From: a virus
Taxonomy: Duplodnaviria; Caudoviricetes
Strand: one strand, 5' to 3'
IMG/VR virus record: IMGVR_UViG_3300025120_010521
DNA: 64,000 nucleotides
Each line of letters begins with the position of its first letter. The first letter of the stretch is position 1. A program made the position numbers and the translations under genes. The notes beneath the pieces are model-generated. The model was given only the letters and a program-made list of their open reading frames with translations. It was not told the origin of the DNA and did not search any database. This document shows, piece by piece, positions 36,901-45,508 of the stretch.

Positions 36901-37113
36901 ATGAAGAATCCGTTTACCGACCATCCACATAGTGTCGATGAAAGCTACATTACCCATATGGGTCATTCTTTGTCTTATAGTATAAAATTTTTATGGTTGT
37001 CGTTTATGACTCTTGTACATGCTTTTGTTCCTTTTATTTTTACTAATTCAAGTAGTAAAATGGTTAAGAAAATTAATGAACACCTAGATGATAGGTTAAC
37101 TAAAAATAACTAA
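36901..37113 (+). CDS. DUF6356-like small protein
   Basis: MKNPFTDHPHSVDESYITHM...VHAFVPFIF. Confidence 0.65.
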   Translation: MKNPFTDHPHSVDESYITHMGHSLSYSIKFLWLSFMTLVHAFVPFIFTNSSSKMVKKINEHLDDRLTKNN

Positions 37114-37224
37114 TAGAGATAAAAGTCCAAACCAACATATCCCTGTAATCAAAGCAATTTTAACTGTACCTTTAATTCCAAAAGCCCAAAGGAAGATTGC
37201 AAGGAAAAATAAAAACCAAAACAT
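37096..37224 (-). CDS. Small hydrophobic protein (42 aa), not in ORF track
   Basis: MFWFLFFLAIFLWAFGIKGTVKIALITGICWFGLLSLLVIFS; TAATG coupling to the vWA gene. Confidence 0.45.
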   Translation of the reverse strand: MFWFLFFLAIFLWAFGIKGTVKIALITGICWFGLLSLLVIFS

Positions 37225-38447
37225 TATATATTTTCGTAATGTGTTGTTATTCCAAATGGTGCTTCAAGGTCTTTATCATGATTTGAATGTATCACCCAAA
37301 GTGTATCACAATAATTTTCATCACCCCAAGATCCCCAAGGATAACCATCTGTGAATACAATTAGCTTTTTAGGTTGTACCCCTTCTTCTTTCATCCAAGA
37401 CCAATTAGCTTCAAATTCTGTACCACCAAAGCCACCTGGCTTGTAATCTGTAATATCTCTATCTGGTGTAAACACTTCTGGATTATGAACTTCTGTATCA
37501 AAACTCCATACATGAACTTTGTAATCTTGGAATGAATCCATAATACCTTTTACTTCACCTAAGAAAATATTTAATTGTTTTTCACTAATTGACCCTGATG
37601 TATCAATAGCAACACATACGTCAACTGCTGGCTCTGGTTGTAAGCCAGGAAGTATAGCATTTACTGTCCAACCCTTACGTGAAGGTCTCATAAATGAATA
37701 GTCTGATTTTACAACTGATGTTATATGTTGATCTAATAAAGAACGCCAATCCATTTTAGGCTCAGTCATATTTTTAATTAAACGTTCAACACCTTTAGGT
37801 ACATTACCTGCTCCAGCCGCCTGTGCCGCCTGTAATACTGCATTTTTAATTTCATCTTTTAACTTGTCTTTATCTGCTTTAGACATAGCAGGCATCTTGC
37901 CTTTGCCATCTTTGCCATCACCATCTTTACCTTGTCCTTGACCTTTATCACCTTCGCCATCTAGGTGCATATCAAGAGTAACTTTGATTTCAACTTGATT
38001 CTTTTTTAGTTCAGTGTATATTTCATCTGAGTTTTTATCGTAATACTTTGAATCATGTAATCCTTCTTTAGGCATTTTGCCTAACCCTTCACGAACTAAC
38101 TGACCATTAATTACATAGTCTGTTGCCATATTCCAAATTTGAGGTTGTCTACCTTCTCTACGTTCCATATGATCATATACACAATGCATTACTTCATGCC
38201 CAATAAGGAAATCAAGTTCTTCTGAACTTAATGGCGAAATAAATTCTCTATTGTAAAATAAATGCATTCCATCAGTGGCCGCAGTAGGACACCAATCATC
38301 AGCATTTTTAAGTTTTAATCTTGTTGCAAGATTACCAAAGAACGGATGTTTTAATAAAAGACGTACTCTACTTTGAACTATTCTTTCACGTATTTCGTGA
38401 TCTTCTTGAATATTAATCTTTTTCTTTATTGCAGTTTTTGTTGCCAT
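37224..38447 (-). CDS. Metallopeptidase-like (HExxH) plus vWA domain protein (DUF2201 type), MoxR partner
   Basis: TAATDG, HEVMH, MIDAS IDTSGS, GGTEF, VFTDG. Confidence 0.85.
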   Translation of the reverse strand: MATKTAIKKKINIQEDHEIRERIVQSRVRLLLKHPFFGNLATRLKLKNADDWCPTAATDGMHLFYNREFISPLSSEELDFLIGHEVMHCVYDHMERREGRQPQIWNMATDYVINGQLVREGLGKMPKEGLHDSKYYDKNSDEIYTELKKNQVEIKVTLDMHLDGEGDKGQGQGKDGDGKDGKGKMPAMSKADKDKLKDEIKNAVLQAAQAAGAGNVPKGVERLIKNMTEPKMDWRSLLDQHITSVVKSDYSFMRPSRKGWTVNAILPGLQPEPAVDVCVAIDTSGSISEKQLNIFLGEVKGIMDSFQDYKVHVWSFDTEVHNPEVFTPDRDITDYKPGGFGGTEFEANWSWMKEEGVQPKKLIVFTDGYPWGSWGDENYCDTLWVIHSNHDKDLEAPFGITTHYENI

Positions 38448-38474
38448 TTGTTTCTCTCTCCTTATTATGTATAT

Positions 38475-38502
38475 ATAATAGCACGATATAGAGATCTGTC
38501 AA
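38475..38502 (-). promoter_or_regulatory. Conserved early promoter, copy 2
   Basis: TTGACA-GATCTCTATATCGTGC-TATTAT. Confidence 0.7.
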
Positions 38503-38543
38503 CCATTATCTACATAAAAAAACCTAATAAAATCAATGGTTTA

Positions 38544-38861
38544 TTACGAACTAAAATAATAATTTGCTAGACCTAGTACTAATAATGTCACTAAAATAAC
38601 ATTTAAAACTAATAATGCTCTATCATGCCAAAGATATCCAACCCATGCCCAGCCTAGTGTTCCAAATAATCCAAACCACATATCAATATGTGGAATCGTT
38701 CCAACACTTCTTGCCACTGTAGCAATTAAGATAAGAACAACTGATACCCATTTGACATACCAAGACAAGTCGCCTTTGGGAGTAACTTTTTTAAACACCC
38801 TAGATGAGTTTAATAGTTTGATCTTATCGTCAAGTTTTTCTTTAATTGGTTCTATTGTCAT
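38544..38861 (-). CDS. DUF6552-like membrane protein
   Basis: SWYVKWVSVVLIL...GTLGWAWVGYLWHDRALLVLN. Confidence 0.6.
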   Translation of the reverse strand: MTIEPIKEKLDDKIKLLNSSRVFKKVTPKGDLSWYVKWVSVVLILIATVARSVGTIPHIDMWFGLFGTLGWAWVGYLWHDRALLVLNVILVTLLVLGLANYYFSS

Positions 38862-39042
38862 ATTCTTTCTTTGTTATCATTTCTAATACTACTGCATCCA
38901 TTTTAGCACATTTGTATAATATGTCAACCGATTCCATTAAATTGGCATACGTTCTTTCCCACCAATAATGGGTAGAAGACAATTCTCCTCTTGTCACGAT
39001 TACCTTGTAATACACATCACTCATGATGCTATTTTCTCCCAT
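38842..39042 (-). CDS. Hypothetical protein
   Basis: Short ORF in a contiguous operon. Confidence 0.5.
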   Translation of the reverse strand: MGENSIMSDVYYKVIVTRGELSSTHYWWERTYANLMESVDILYKCAKMDAVVLEMITKKEYDNRTN

Positions 39043-39251
39043 GCTAAAAAACCTTTAACAATATCTTTGTCCTTGGCCTTTTTAAATGCAAAATAACTGC
39101 CACCTGCTATGTAATACCAACCTGTAGCATGTCGCCTAACAGTTTTTTTAAGTTCTTCCTGTATATTATTATCTAATAAAGGAAGATCAATAACATGATA
39201 TTCACCTTTGTAATTCATGAATTCTTTTTGTGTTAGTTTTCTAGACTTCAT
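39021..39251 (-). CDS. Hypothetical protein
   Basis: 76-aa ORF in operon. Confidence 0.55.
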   Translation of the reverse strand: MKSRKLTQKEFMNYKGEYHVIDLPLLDNNIQEELKKTVRRHATGWYYIAGGSYFAFKKAKDKDIVKGFLAWEKIAS

Positions 39252-39621
39252 TGATTGCTTTCTCTATCTTTTTGTAGTAGTCGTCAAATATTTCTGCTTC
39301 TTTGCTGTTTAGATATGCTACAGATCCAAAGCACGGATATCCATTTATACCAGTTGGAAACTGATCTTTCATGTAAGAATAAAACATGCATGGTCTATCC
39401 TGATGCATACCTTGACCCATATCTGGTGACATCAACATTAGTGGCATGAACACTGAAGCTATGTCTTGAGGATTTTGTATTTGAAAACTAGTAAACACTT
39501 CTCCACGATATACTTGTTGTGCTAGTTCTTTTAGAAATTCATTTGATTTTAAAGGACGTTTCTTACGACTTTTTTTATTAACTTTGTATTCTTTTATATC
39601 TTCTTTTTTTATTTCAAGCAT
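39241..39621 (-). CDS. Hypothetical protein
   Basis: 126-aa ORF in operon. Confidence 0.6.
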   Translation of the reverse strand: MLEIKKEDIKEYKVNKKSRKKRPLKSNEFLKELAQQVYRGEVFTSFQIQNPQDIASVFMPLMLMSPDMGQGMHQDRPCMFYSYMKDQFPTGINGYPCFGSVAYLNSKEAEIFDDYYKKIEKAINEV

Positions 39622-40612
39622 ATTCTTTCTTATTTTTGTATACTCCTTTTAATGCACAGCTTTTAATACATCTTGGTAGATGATTATCATGTGATGCATA
39701 CCATCTTTCTCTTAAAGATGTATAAAAATTATTCTGTAATATTTCACTAATTGTATTTTTTGTAAGATTATTAAAGTCTTTATCATTTGACATTACTACA
39801 TCTTTATATGATTTTTTAGATTGATCATACAAATAACAACAAGGCCACATAGTCATATCTGCACCTATATAAACTTCTGGTTCATCATAATGCTGGCATG
39901 TAATTGTTTTTACAATATCATTTATTGTTTTTACACTTTTTTCTTTTATTACTTTTTGTAATTTTGATAAATCGTTATGTGGTAATTTTGTTGATGTAGT
40001 TAATTGTATTTCCTTAGTCATTTTTTTAGTTTTATGAACTTTTTTTGCTAGAACATTACGTCCACTTGTTCTTTTAATAAATCTAAAACCAAATTCGTTT
40101 GCTAACTGTTTTGCTTTTTCATATTCATGTTCGTTATGAGCAAACGGAATAAACACCCATGCTCCATTTCCTCCAGCTTGTGAAAATGCTTTCATATTTC
40201 TTACAAGGATATCCCATTTAACATTTACTCGGTATATATGATTTGTGTCTTCAAATCCATCAACACTAAAATCAACTTTTAAATTTTTAACTTTAGCAAG
40301 TTTACTCCACCATTCAGGATTGTTATATCCTCCATTGGTACTAATAATAACATTACCACCTTTTTCACCCAACCATTGCGATATTTCTAAACATTGTGGG
40401 TGAACAATTGGATCTCCTAATACTCCACATAATTTAAATTCTTTATTTTTAACTGACTTTTCTGTTTGAAAAAGATGCATGATATTTTTTAATGATATTT
40501 CTGAATTTCCTCTTAATGACATTCCCATTTCTGTTCTAGCACATAACGGGCATTGTGCATTACAATTAGCACTAATTTCTAATTCATATTTTTTAATATC
40601 AGCTTCTATCAT
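39614..40612 (-). CDS. Radical SAM protein (paralog of 9693-10742)
   Basis: EISANCNAQCPLCART, GVLGDP, WPCCYL...CIKSC. Confidence 0.85.
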   Translation of the reverse strand: MIEADIKKYELEISANCNAQCPLCARTEMGMSLRGNSEISLKNIMHLFQTEKSVKNKEFKLCGVLGDPIVHPQCLEISQWLGEKGGNVIISTNGGYNNPEWWSKLAKVKNLKVDFSVDGFEDTNHIYRVNVKWDILVRNMKAFSQAGGNGAWVFIPFAHNEHEYEKAKQLANEFGFRFIKRTSGRNVLAKKVHKTKKMTKEIQLTTSTKLPHNDLSKLQKVIKEKSVKTINDIVKTITCQHYDEPEVYIGADMTMWPCCYLYDQSKKSYKDVVMSNDKDFNNLTKNTISEILQNNFYTSLRERWYASHDNHLPRCIKSCALKGVYKNKKEYA

Positions 40613-40857
40613 TATATGTGTTTATCCGTTGTATCATGAAAGCACTCTGGTGGTTGTGTATATTCCGGAGACAATGTAGAATCATATTCATACCTTGTGT
40701 TACAATATAAACAAACCTTATAATCTAAATTTCCCATAGTCAAATATACGTGAGGATGATCATCTGGTGGTGTTGCTCCAATGCATACAAACCCTTTGAC
40801 TCCAATCTTTATTGTCTTAACGCCTATATCGTTTTTATATGCTGGTGTTACTGCCAT
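40612..40857 (-). CDS. zf-CHCC zinc-finger protein
   Basis: C..(G)...DHPHVYL...VCLYC. Confidence 0.8.
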   Translation of the reverse strand: MAVTPAYKNDIGVKTIKIGVKGFVCIGATPPDDHPHVYLTMGNLDYKVCLYCNTRYEYDSTLSPEYTQPPECFHDTTDKHI

Positions 40858-40858
40858 C

Positions 40859-41044
40859 TTAATGTATAGTCCTACTATTCTTTAGTATTCCTAAATGACT
40901 CATGTTTTCAAATAACTGTTCTTTTTTAGATGTCCAAAAATTAAATGCCCATGAACCTTTAGCTGAATTTTCAATTGCCTTATCGCAATTACTTAACAGT
41001 CTATTGTACATTTTTTCTAAATCTTGTTTAGTTGTTATGATCAT
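40859..41044 (-). CDS. Hypothetical protein
   Basis: 61-aa ORF in operon. Confidence 0.55.
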   Translation of the reverse strand: MIITTKQDLEKMYNRLLSNCDKAIENSAKGSWAFNFWTSKKEQLFENMSHLGILKNSRTIH

Positions 41045-41510
41045 TTTTTACCTTACTTTCTTCTTTCCTTAGGTTATTAGCGAATGATGAACCTGATACT
41101 CCTGTTTGTTTTGATTTATTCTTCATTAACTTACTAACAGTAATTCTATAATACTTTTCTGCTTTTCTTAATGCCGTAGCAACAACAGGATCTATTTCTG
41201 TACTGAACAATTCAGTATATTTCCATATACCTTTTTTTTCATGTTCTAAAAAATATGATTTTAAACCAATGTCGTGTAATTCTTGTGTATAACATTGTAT
41301 CTTATATAATTCATTGTTATGCATTATATTAAAAATAAATGCATTGCTATCTATATATTTTTTATAATAGTCAGTTTTAGCTAAAATTTCTTTTTCACTT
41401 TTAGTAATTTGTCTATCTTCTTGAGTATATAAAAAATGTTCAACACTTTCCCATTTTACTTCTGGGTTTTTTAAACTTGTTAATTTAAATATAAAAATTT
41501 TGTTTTGCAT
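41028..41510 (-). CDS. Hypothetical protein
   Basis: 160-aa ORF. Confidence 0.6.
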   Translation of the reverse strand: MQNKIFIFKLTSLKNPEVKWESVEHFLYTQEDRQITKSEKEILAKTDYYKKYIDSNAFIFNIMHNNELYKIQCYTQELHDIGLKSYFLEHEKKGIWKYTELFSTEIDPVVATALRKAEKYYRITVSKLMKNKSKQTGVSGSSFANNLRKEESKVKNDHNN

Positions 41511-41532
41511 AATAGTACTTATCAGTTAGTAC

Positions 41533-41581
41533 GGGGAACCGATCTACTTTTAAGAGCAGAGAGAGGCAGATCTAGTTCCCC
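41533..41581 (-). terminator. Long GC-rich hairpin immediately after the AAA ATPase stop
   Basis: GGGGAAC..GATCTGC-loop-GTAGATC.GTTCCCC. Confidence 0.55.
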
Positions 41582-41591
41582 TAACGGCGTT

Positions 41592-42683
41592 CTAAACGTC
41601 TACGATTAGTTTGCCGTATCTCTTATAAAACTCCTTAAAGCTCTTTAGCTCTTTAGGGGAAAACGGTAGTTGGTGATTCTTAAGTGCAATTCTGGCACCA
41701 AGTACTACCATTTCAGTTTCAAAATTGTCCATCATATATTGTAAGAAACAATCTGCCATTTTGTGCCAAGGCGACATTTTTTTATTTTTTTGTGCCTTTT
41801 CACATTCGTCTTTTAATTCATAACACAATGAAGTAATTAATGAATACATTGCACTTACTTCTTTTGTATCAAGACTTTTAACTTTACCATTTAAAATATC
41901 AGTTGGATTAGGTAACTTACCTGCCACTTCTCTGTGAGCATTAAATTTAACTGCAAGACCTTCTCCTACTGCACCAGCAATAATATCTGTAAGTTGTGAA
42001 CCTTGTAAGTCATTATCTTCAAGCATATCACTTACAAATGACCAACTTCTTGGTGTAGCAAATGCTCTTGATGAACTTCTTGGATCAAAGTCATACAAAT
42101 CATTTTTAGCAAATGTTAAGTAACCAACTACATCTGCATGGATGTCATGTTTGGTTGCCCAATCTTGCCAGTCTTCGAAGTTAACTGCCATTTCAATATG
42201 CAACATTCTATTAGCAAGTGGACTAGGCATTCTATAAGTAACACCTCTATCACTTTCTCTGTTACCAGCCGCCACAATTGATACTCCTTCCGGCAATTTA
42301 TAAGTACCAATTCTTCTATTAAGAATTAACTGATACGCCGCCGCCTGTACACTTTGTGGTGCCGCATTAATTTCATCTAAGAACAAGATGTCTGTTGCTT
42401 TTGGATCACTTGGAAGATCAACTGGTGGTGCCCAATCCATTTTATTTTCTTTAGAATTAAAATATGGAATACCACGTAAGTCAGTTGGTTCTAGAAGAAG
42501 CAATCTAAGATCGATTACACTTCTATTAGTGTTCTTACCAATTTGATCAATAATTTCTGATTTACCAATGCCTGGAGGACCCCATAGCATAACTGGTCTT
42601 TGTTTTTTAATACAAGCAAGAACCTCTGTCATTACGTCACCGGGTCTTACTGTTCTAGTGTCTGTAGTTGTTGTTTTTACCAT
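41592..42683 (-). CDS. MoxR-like AAA+ ATPase
   Basis: Walker A GPPGIGKS, Walker B LFLDEIN, AAGNR, PLANR, TPRSW. Confidence 0.92.
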   Translation of the reverse strand: MVKTTTTDTRTVRPGDVMTEVLACIKKQRPVMLWGPPGIGKSEIIDQIGKNTNRSVIDLRLLLLEPTDLRGIPYFNSKENKMDWAPPVDLPSDPKATDILFLDEINAAPQSVQAAAYQLILNRRIGTYKLPEGVSIVAAGNRESDRGVTYRMPSPLANRMLHIEMAVNFEDWQDWATKHDIHADVVGYLTFAKNDLYDFDPRSSSRAFATPRSWSFVSDMLEDNDLQGSQLTDIIAGAVGEGLAVKFNAHREVAGKLPNPTDILNGKVKSLDTKEVSAMYSLITSLCYELKDECEKAQKNKKMSPWHKMADCFLQYMMDNFETEMVVLGARIALKNHQLPFSPKELKSFKEFYKRYGKLIVDV

Positions 42684-42717
42684 TTTTTCTCTCTCTGTTT
42701 AAATGTTTATTAAGTAT

Positions 42718-42745
42718 ATAATAGCATCGTATAGGTATCTGTCAA
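42718..42745 (-). promoter_or_regulatory. Conserved early promoter, copy 3
   Basis: TTGACA-GATACCTATACGATGC-TATTAT. Confidence 0.7.
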
Positions 42746-42813
42746 CCAGAAAAATGCATATTATTGGATAAAAAAATCCAATAATATCAACGGTTTAAAA
42801 AAAAAGTTAAAAT

Positions 42814-43194
42814 TTATTCAAAATCTGGTGAATAATCTTGGTTGTTTACAGTACAATTTCTTGACCAAAGTTCAACATCTCCATCAATTAACTTGAGGTC
42901 TACTGCATCTTTTTCATTGAATACAACAATTTTCTTATTATCTATATAATAAGGAAGAAGCATCTCCTTCTCAAGATTATGGATATGGATTGCTTTTACA
43001 CTAAATGGCTGTTTTGTTTTTATTATGTATGAAGGAAAGTATTGTTCTACTATCTGTACACCAATTTTAGTTAACCGTAGAGAATAATCACTTAACCTAC
43101 TTACAAACATGTTAAGTATCTGTGCTTCTGTTATGCCTTTAGATTTGACATAATCGACAACAATGCGTTTATTGTGATTGATACGGCTTGACAT
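42814..43194 (-). CDS. Hypothetical protein
   Basis: 126-aa ORF. Confidence 0.65.
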   Translation of the reverse strand: MSSRINHNKRIVVDYVKSKGITEAQILNMFVSRLSDYSLRLTKIGVQIVEQYFPSYIIKTKQPFSVKAIHIHNLEKEMLLPYYIDNKKIVVFNEKDAVDLKLIDGDVELWSRNCTVNNQDYSPDFE

Positions 43195-43474
43195 CCAATT
43201 TCTTTCCAGCTGTTAAAACATGCACTGAAAAGTCATTGGTTTTGAAAAGTGCATTTAATTTTTCTGCTAAATTAATTGCGTGTCCCGAATTTGAAAATGA
43301 TACTTTTTTGTATTTTGGTCCTGGATAGTTTACTAACGTATTCAAAGACCTAAGGTTCACTGGAGCATCTTTGTAGAAAACTGCATAGATGGCTTCTGCT
43401 TTAAGAACTTGTTCGCTCTTATAGTTTTTAGGGTTAGTGAATTCTAACAATATATCTGGTTTTGGTCTACTCAT
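43169..43474 (-). CDS. Hypothetical protein
   Basis: 101-aa ORF, GGAG SD and GATAAATA upstream. Confidence 0.7.
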   Translation of the reverse strand: MSRPKPDILLEFTNPKNYKSEQVLKAEAIYAVFYKDAPVNLRSLNTLVNYPGPKYKKVSFSNSGHAINLAEKLNALFKTNDFSVHVLTAGKKLDVKPYQSQ

Positions 43475-43519
43475 AATTGCTCCGTTATATACATATATTT
43501 ATCTCAGTTTAAGTAAAAT

Positions 43520-45505
43520 CTACATGTAACTTACTAAAACTTTAGCCGTTCCTGTTGTAGCAGAGGCAATGTTCAAGTAAGCATTAATAGTAGCGTCAGA
43601 ACCGGTAGTATATTGGTATGCTGGCTGTATAGCATAGGTACCTGTTGACGTTAAATCTATTTCGTCATTAGTTACAAGTCTATCGGCATCACCTGTATCA
43701 CCTACAGTTAGTGTTGCATTAGCATCATCAAATGCTACTGTAACTTCTATAGATACAAGTGTAATTCTTGAACCATCGGAAACTGTGCCAACTGCGGTTG
43801 TACCTGAACCGCCACCTTGTGTAATTGTTGCTGATAGTGTATTTGCATCTGTGTTTGCAGAATCTTCGTCTGCTAATAAGTTCCATGCACTACCATTGTA
43901 AACAAAGAATGCATACTCACCGTTGCCTGAGTTAATAACATAAACAGTATCACCAGTTGTGGCTGATAGAGCATTTCTTGCCGTGATGTCTGCAACCACA
44001 GTAGTACCACCGCCACCGCCACCTGCAACAATACCTTGTTCTACTGTTACTGCTAATGGATGTCTTCCATTGTGTACAGAGTATACACCTAATGATGCTA
44101 ATGGTGTACCAGTTGTTTCATCTAATAATATTTCTCCACCATCTGCTCTTGTTAATTTTATATAGTTACCTGATGATGCACTAGTTGATAATGCCCAACC
44201 TGATCCTGAACTTGGTCCAGCAACATTTGAACCGTTACCGTCAACAGTTACGTTTACAATAGTAATTGTACCACCTGTTGAGTTTGTTAATACAACGTTC
44301 GATCCGTTTAATGATGCTGTAATATTTGTAGGACTTGCCGCATTAACGTCTGCTACAATGTCTGCACCAATACCAACTGCAATACCATAAGCGGCTTGAC
44401 CTGCTGTTGTAGTTGAGAATGTTACTGACGTTCCGTTAATTGTAATAACACCACCTGGATATATACCAACTAGTCCGTATGCTAGACTTTCTGTTGCTGT
44501 AGTTGCCGTCGACGGAGAAGGTGAACTTGATGCTGTTACCCCATGCGTTGATGTACTGCCATTGATGTCTGCTATTGTCTGTGTCAGTGTTGTGCTTGTT
44601 AGTGTGACTGCTGTTTCATTAATTTCTAGTACGTCATTCGCTGTTACTGTTGGATCTACCACTGTACCTGTTACTGATGATGCAATAGAATCTGCTATCT
44701 TTAAAAACTGTATTTTGCCTGATGTTGAAGTAGTTGTTAAACCACCTGCTGTTGAATTATCTGTGTAAAGAAAATCTCCAACTGATCCAGGTATTGCAGG
44801 ATTGAAATCAATAATTCTTGTGTTTGGTCTTAACATAAATTGATTTGGACCTGGTCCTGGGTTGGTTACTGTGCCAATTGTTTTTGCCGCTGTTGATGAC
44901 GTTGTTTTAGCGAAACCTGAACCTGTGATTGATATAACATCTCCTGAACTAAAACCATGTGATGCTTGATCTAATACATAGTGCATCTGTGGGTTTAAAT
45001 ATTGAAATCTTGAGTTAATGTTTTGATAAAATGTTTGTGATGTAATTGAAGCCGGTACTGGATCTATCATTGGGTGTCCGTTTTCATTTAATTGAAAACA
45101 CACTGCCGACCCTACTGCAAATACACCAGTACCTGATGGTGATCTAAATGTGTTATATCTCAACCAATCTTCTACTACACAAACTACAGAAGTTGTTGTT
45201 TTGGATGTTATAGAAACAATTCTACAGCACACACCAGTTGTTGCACCAGATATCCAATCACCTACTTGGACATCTAAACCATTGTATTGAAAATCTTTTC
45301 TTGTTAAGTGAGATCCGTGGTCTTGTGCTGTAACTGTTGCTGTTACTGTCCATCTATAATATTTTGGGTTACTACCGCCTGAATACCATTTATCACCTTG
45401 TCCATCATTGTGTGGCCACTGTGTATCATTGGCAATGTTTGTTATGTTAAGACTTAAAACTTTTGCTGGTTTGTTTACGTCAATAAAGTTAGTTTTGTAG
45501 GCCAT
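43520..45505 (-). CDS. Putative virion structural protein (tail/baseplate-associated)
   Basis: Thr/Ser/Gly-rich beta-type composition; follows the tail-fibre-like gene. Confidence 0.6.
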   Translation of the reverse strand: MAYKTNFIDVNKPAKVLSLNITNIANDTQWPHNDGQGDKWYSGGSNPKYYRWTVTATVTAQDHGSHLTRKDFQYNGLDVQVGDWISGATTGVCCRIVSITSKTTTSVVCVVEDWLRYNTFRSPSGTGVFAVGSAVCFQLNENGHPMIDPVPASITSQTFYQNINSRFQYLNPQMHYVLDQASHGFSSGDVISITGSGFAKTTSSTAAKTIGTVTNPGPGPNQFMLRPNTRIIDFNPAIPGSVGDFLYTDNSTAGGLTTTSTSGKIQFLKIADSIASSVTGTVVDPTVTANDVLEINETAVTLTSTTLTQTIADINGSTSTHGVTASSSPSPSTATTATESLAYGLVGIYPGGVITINGTSVTFSTTTAGQAAYGIAVGIGADIVADVNAASPTNITASLNGSNVVLTNSTGGTITIVNVTVDGNGSNVAGPSSGSGWALSTSASSGNYIKLTRADGGEILLDETTGTPLASLGVYSVHNGRHPLAVTVEQGIVAGGGGGGTTVVADITARNALSATTGDTVYVINSGNGEYAFFVYNGSAWNLLADEDSANTDANTLSATITQGGGSGTTAVGTVSDGSRITLVSIEVTVAFDDANATLTVGDTGDADRLVTNDEIDLTSTGTYAIQPAYQYTTGSDATINAYLNIASATTGTAKVLVSYM

Positions 45506-45508
45506 CTA

